50,661 nucleotides of DNA from Candidatus Eiseniibacteriota bacterium (GTDB taxonomy: Bacteria; Eisenbacteria; RBG-16-71-46): assembly GCA_963717935.1 (NCBI GenBank), contig CAVQXP010000005.1, forward strand, positions 1 to 50,661, in the 5' to 3' direction. Shown piece after piece: positions 48,825 through 50,661 of the stretch. Position 1 is the stretch's first letter; the number at the start of each line of letters is the position of its first letter. The position numbers were made by a program, and so were the translations under genes. The notes beneath the pieces are model-generated. The model was given only the letters and a program-made list of their open reading frames with translations. It ran no database searches and was not told the DNA's origin.

Positions 48825-49994
48825 TCATGTCTCCCCCGCGAACTCCTCGATGCGCGCCAGGCCTGCGGTGAACAGGTCGGGCTCGGGGATCAGGCTGAGC
48901 ACCAGGTAGCCCTCGCCGTCGAAGTCGTAGAAGTGCCCGGGATGCACCACCACGTCGCGGGCCAGCAGCCCGAGCGCCCACTCCTCCTCGCTGCGCTGGC
49001 GGGGAACCCGCAGCACCGCGCCCCAACCACCCTCGGCCGCGAGCACGCCCAGCTCCGGGCGGCGCGCGACCAGGCCGTCGAGCCGCGCGAGGTTCTGCGC
49101 GAGCCGCGCGCGCACGCGCCGCTGGAACGGCCCGCGCGCCGCGAGCAGCGTCGGCAGCGCCACCTGCACCGGAGTCGAGACCGAGAGGAACAGGTCCGCG
49201 ATCCACTCGAGCCCGCGCAGGGCCTCGGCGCGCGCCGGCCCCGGGCCGCCCGCCACGATCCAGCCCAGCTTCATCTGCGGCATCCCGCAGACCTTGGAGA
49301 GCCCGCTCAGCACGAAGGTCGGCACGCGCGCCGCGCCCACCAGGCTCGGCAGCGGCGCGACGCGGCCCGGGCGCGGGAAGTCGCCGAAGACCTCGTCCGC
49401 GAGCAGCGCCGCCCCGTGGCGCTCGCAGAGCGTCTCGAGCAGCGCGCGCTCGTCCGCGTCGAGGCACGAGCCGGTCGGGTGGTTGGGCTGCACCACGATC
49501 ACGCCGCGCACGTCGTCGGCGAAGGCCTGCTCGAGCGAGTGCCGATCGAGGTGCCAGGCGCCGTCGTAGGCCAGCCGGTAGGGCCGCAGGCTCACGCCTT
49601 CGAGCGCGGCGAGCGGCTCGAAGAGCGGGTAGGACGGCGCGGGCACCAGGAACACCCCGCCCGGGTCGGCGAGCAGGCGGAACAGGTGCGCGTAGGACTC
49701 GCTCGTGCTCGCCGTCAGCACGAGGTGCTCGGGCGACACGGCCGCGCCCCGCTCCGCGTAGTAGCCCGCCACCGCCTCGCGCGCCGCCCGGCTGCCGCGC
49801 GGGTCGGGCTCGTAGCGGGCGCCCTCGGCCCGCGCCAGCGCCGCCAGTTCGTCGGGGCCCGCGCCGCCCAGCCCGACGCGCGTCGGGTTCGTCTCGGACA
49901 GGTCGAGCAGCCGCGCACCCGCAGCGCGGCGCTCCTCGAGGAGCCGGGCCCAGGCGTTGGGCTCGAGATCGTGCGGCACGCGGCGCGAGAGCAT
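48825..49994 (-). CDS. PLP-dependent aminotransferase class I/II
   Basis: PSYPLF, QPNHPTG, ADEVF, SGLSKVCGMPQMKLGW. Confidence 0.9.
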   Translation of the reverse strand: MLSRRVPHDLEPNAWARLLEERRAAGARLLDLSETNPTRVGLGGAGPDELAALARAEGARYEPDPRGSRAAREAVAGYYAERGAAVSPEHLVLTASTSESYAHLFRLLADPGGVFLVPAPSYPLFEPLAALEGVSLRPYRLAYDGAWHLDRHSLEQAFADDVRGVIVVQPNHPTGSCLDADERALLETLCERHGAALLADEVFGDFPRPGRVAPLPSLVGAARVPTFVLSGLSKVCGMPQMKLGWIVAGGPGPARAEALRGLEWIADLFLSVSTPVQVALPTLLAARGPFQRRVRARLAQNLARLDGLVARRPELGVLAAEGGWGAVLRVPRQRSEEEWALGLLARDVVVHPGHFYDFDGEGYLVLSLIPEPDLFTAGLARIEEFAGET

Positions 49995-50086
49995 GGGCGG
50001 ACGGTAGGGGCCGCGCGGCCCGCAGGCAAACGGCCCCGGCCGGGGGGCCGGGGCCGCGTGCGACCGCTCGAGCTGCGGCGTGCGCC

Positions 50087-50661
50087 CTACGTGCCCTCGC
50101 TCCACGAGCGCAGGTAGCGCTCCTGCTCGGGGGTGAGCACGTCGATGTCGATGCCCATGGTCTTGAGCTTCAACCGCGCGACCTCCATGTCGATGGGCCG
50201 CGGCACCACGTACACGTCCCGGCCCAGCGTCTTCGCCTTCTTCTTCAGGTACTCGAGCGTGAGCGCCTGGTTCGCGAACGACATGTCCATCACCATCGCC
50301 GGGTGGCCTTCGGCCGCCGCCAGGTTGATGAGCCGCCCTTCGGCCAGCAGGCAGACCTTCTTGCCGCCCTTGAGCGTGAACTCCTCGACGAACGGCCGCA
50401 GGGTGCGCCGCTTCGAGGCCATGCGCTCGAGCGCCGGGATGTCGATCTCGACGTTGAAGTGCCCGCTGTTCGCCACGATCGCGCCGTCCTTCATGGCGGC
50501 GAAGTGCTCGCGGCGCAGCACCGACTTGTTGCCCGTCACGGTGATGAACAGGTCACCGCGCGGGGCCGCCTCGGCCATCGAGACCACCTGGTAGCCGTCC
50601 ATCTGGGCCTCGATCGCCCGGACCGGGTTGATCTCCGTCACGAGCACCGTGGCGCCGACAT
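50087..50661 (-). CDS. ahcY: Adenosylhomocysteinase, C-terminal part (runs off window)
   Basis: MKDGAIVANSGHFNVEID, LAEGRLINLAAAEGHP..VMDMSFANQAL, LTPEQERYL.SW.EGT. Confidence 0.95.
   Translation of the reverse strand, partial: VGATVLVTEINPVRAIEAQMDGYQVVSMAEAAPRGDLFITVTGNKSVLRREHFAAMKDGAIVANSGHFNVEIDIPALERMASKRRTLRPFVEEFTLKGGKKVCLLAEGRLINLAAAEGHPAMVMDMSFANQALTLEYLKKKAKTLGRDVYVVPRPIDMEVARLKLKTMGIDIDVLTPEQERYLRSWSEGT

Overview
High-GC diderm bacterial chromosome segment. Gene content (PorV-like barrel, GWxTD protein, Tol-Pal, BamD) suggests an FCB-superphylum relative such as Ca. Eisenbacteria; this is inference. Most genes are housekeeping on the minus strand: hsp20 (partial), solitary nuoI, dcd, moaB, dinB, gamma-CA, MBL hydrolase, FAD oxidoreductase, tolQRAB-pal-cpoB, tRNA-Leu(GAG), secG-tpi-pgk-gap-pfk, mpg, PMM/PGM, prfB (programmed +1 frameshift), coaE, polA, nadD, bamD, rimO, ftsK, MFS, aminotransferase and partial ahcY; tlpA and hppA are on the plus strand. 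Many frameshifts in the first ~10 kb look like sequencing/assembly errors. The best candidate for an undescribed system is a five-gene outer-membrane cluster at 16.3-26.6 kb: orphan beta-barrel, TonB-dependent receptor, 1000-aa Cys/Asp-rich secreted protein with a T9SS-like C-terminal domain, PorV/PorQ-like barrel and GWxTD protein, with no SusD. Also notable: an endonuclease IV gene collapsed by a microhomology deletion, a divergent-family H+-pyrophosphatase, a sigma54-like promoter at hsp20, and a decayed island (43.85-47.5 kb) with an IS3-family element, an orphan copy of its right end and a possible toxin-tip/immunity pair.
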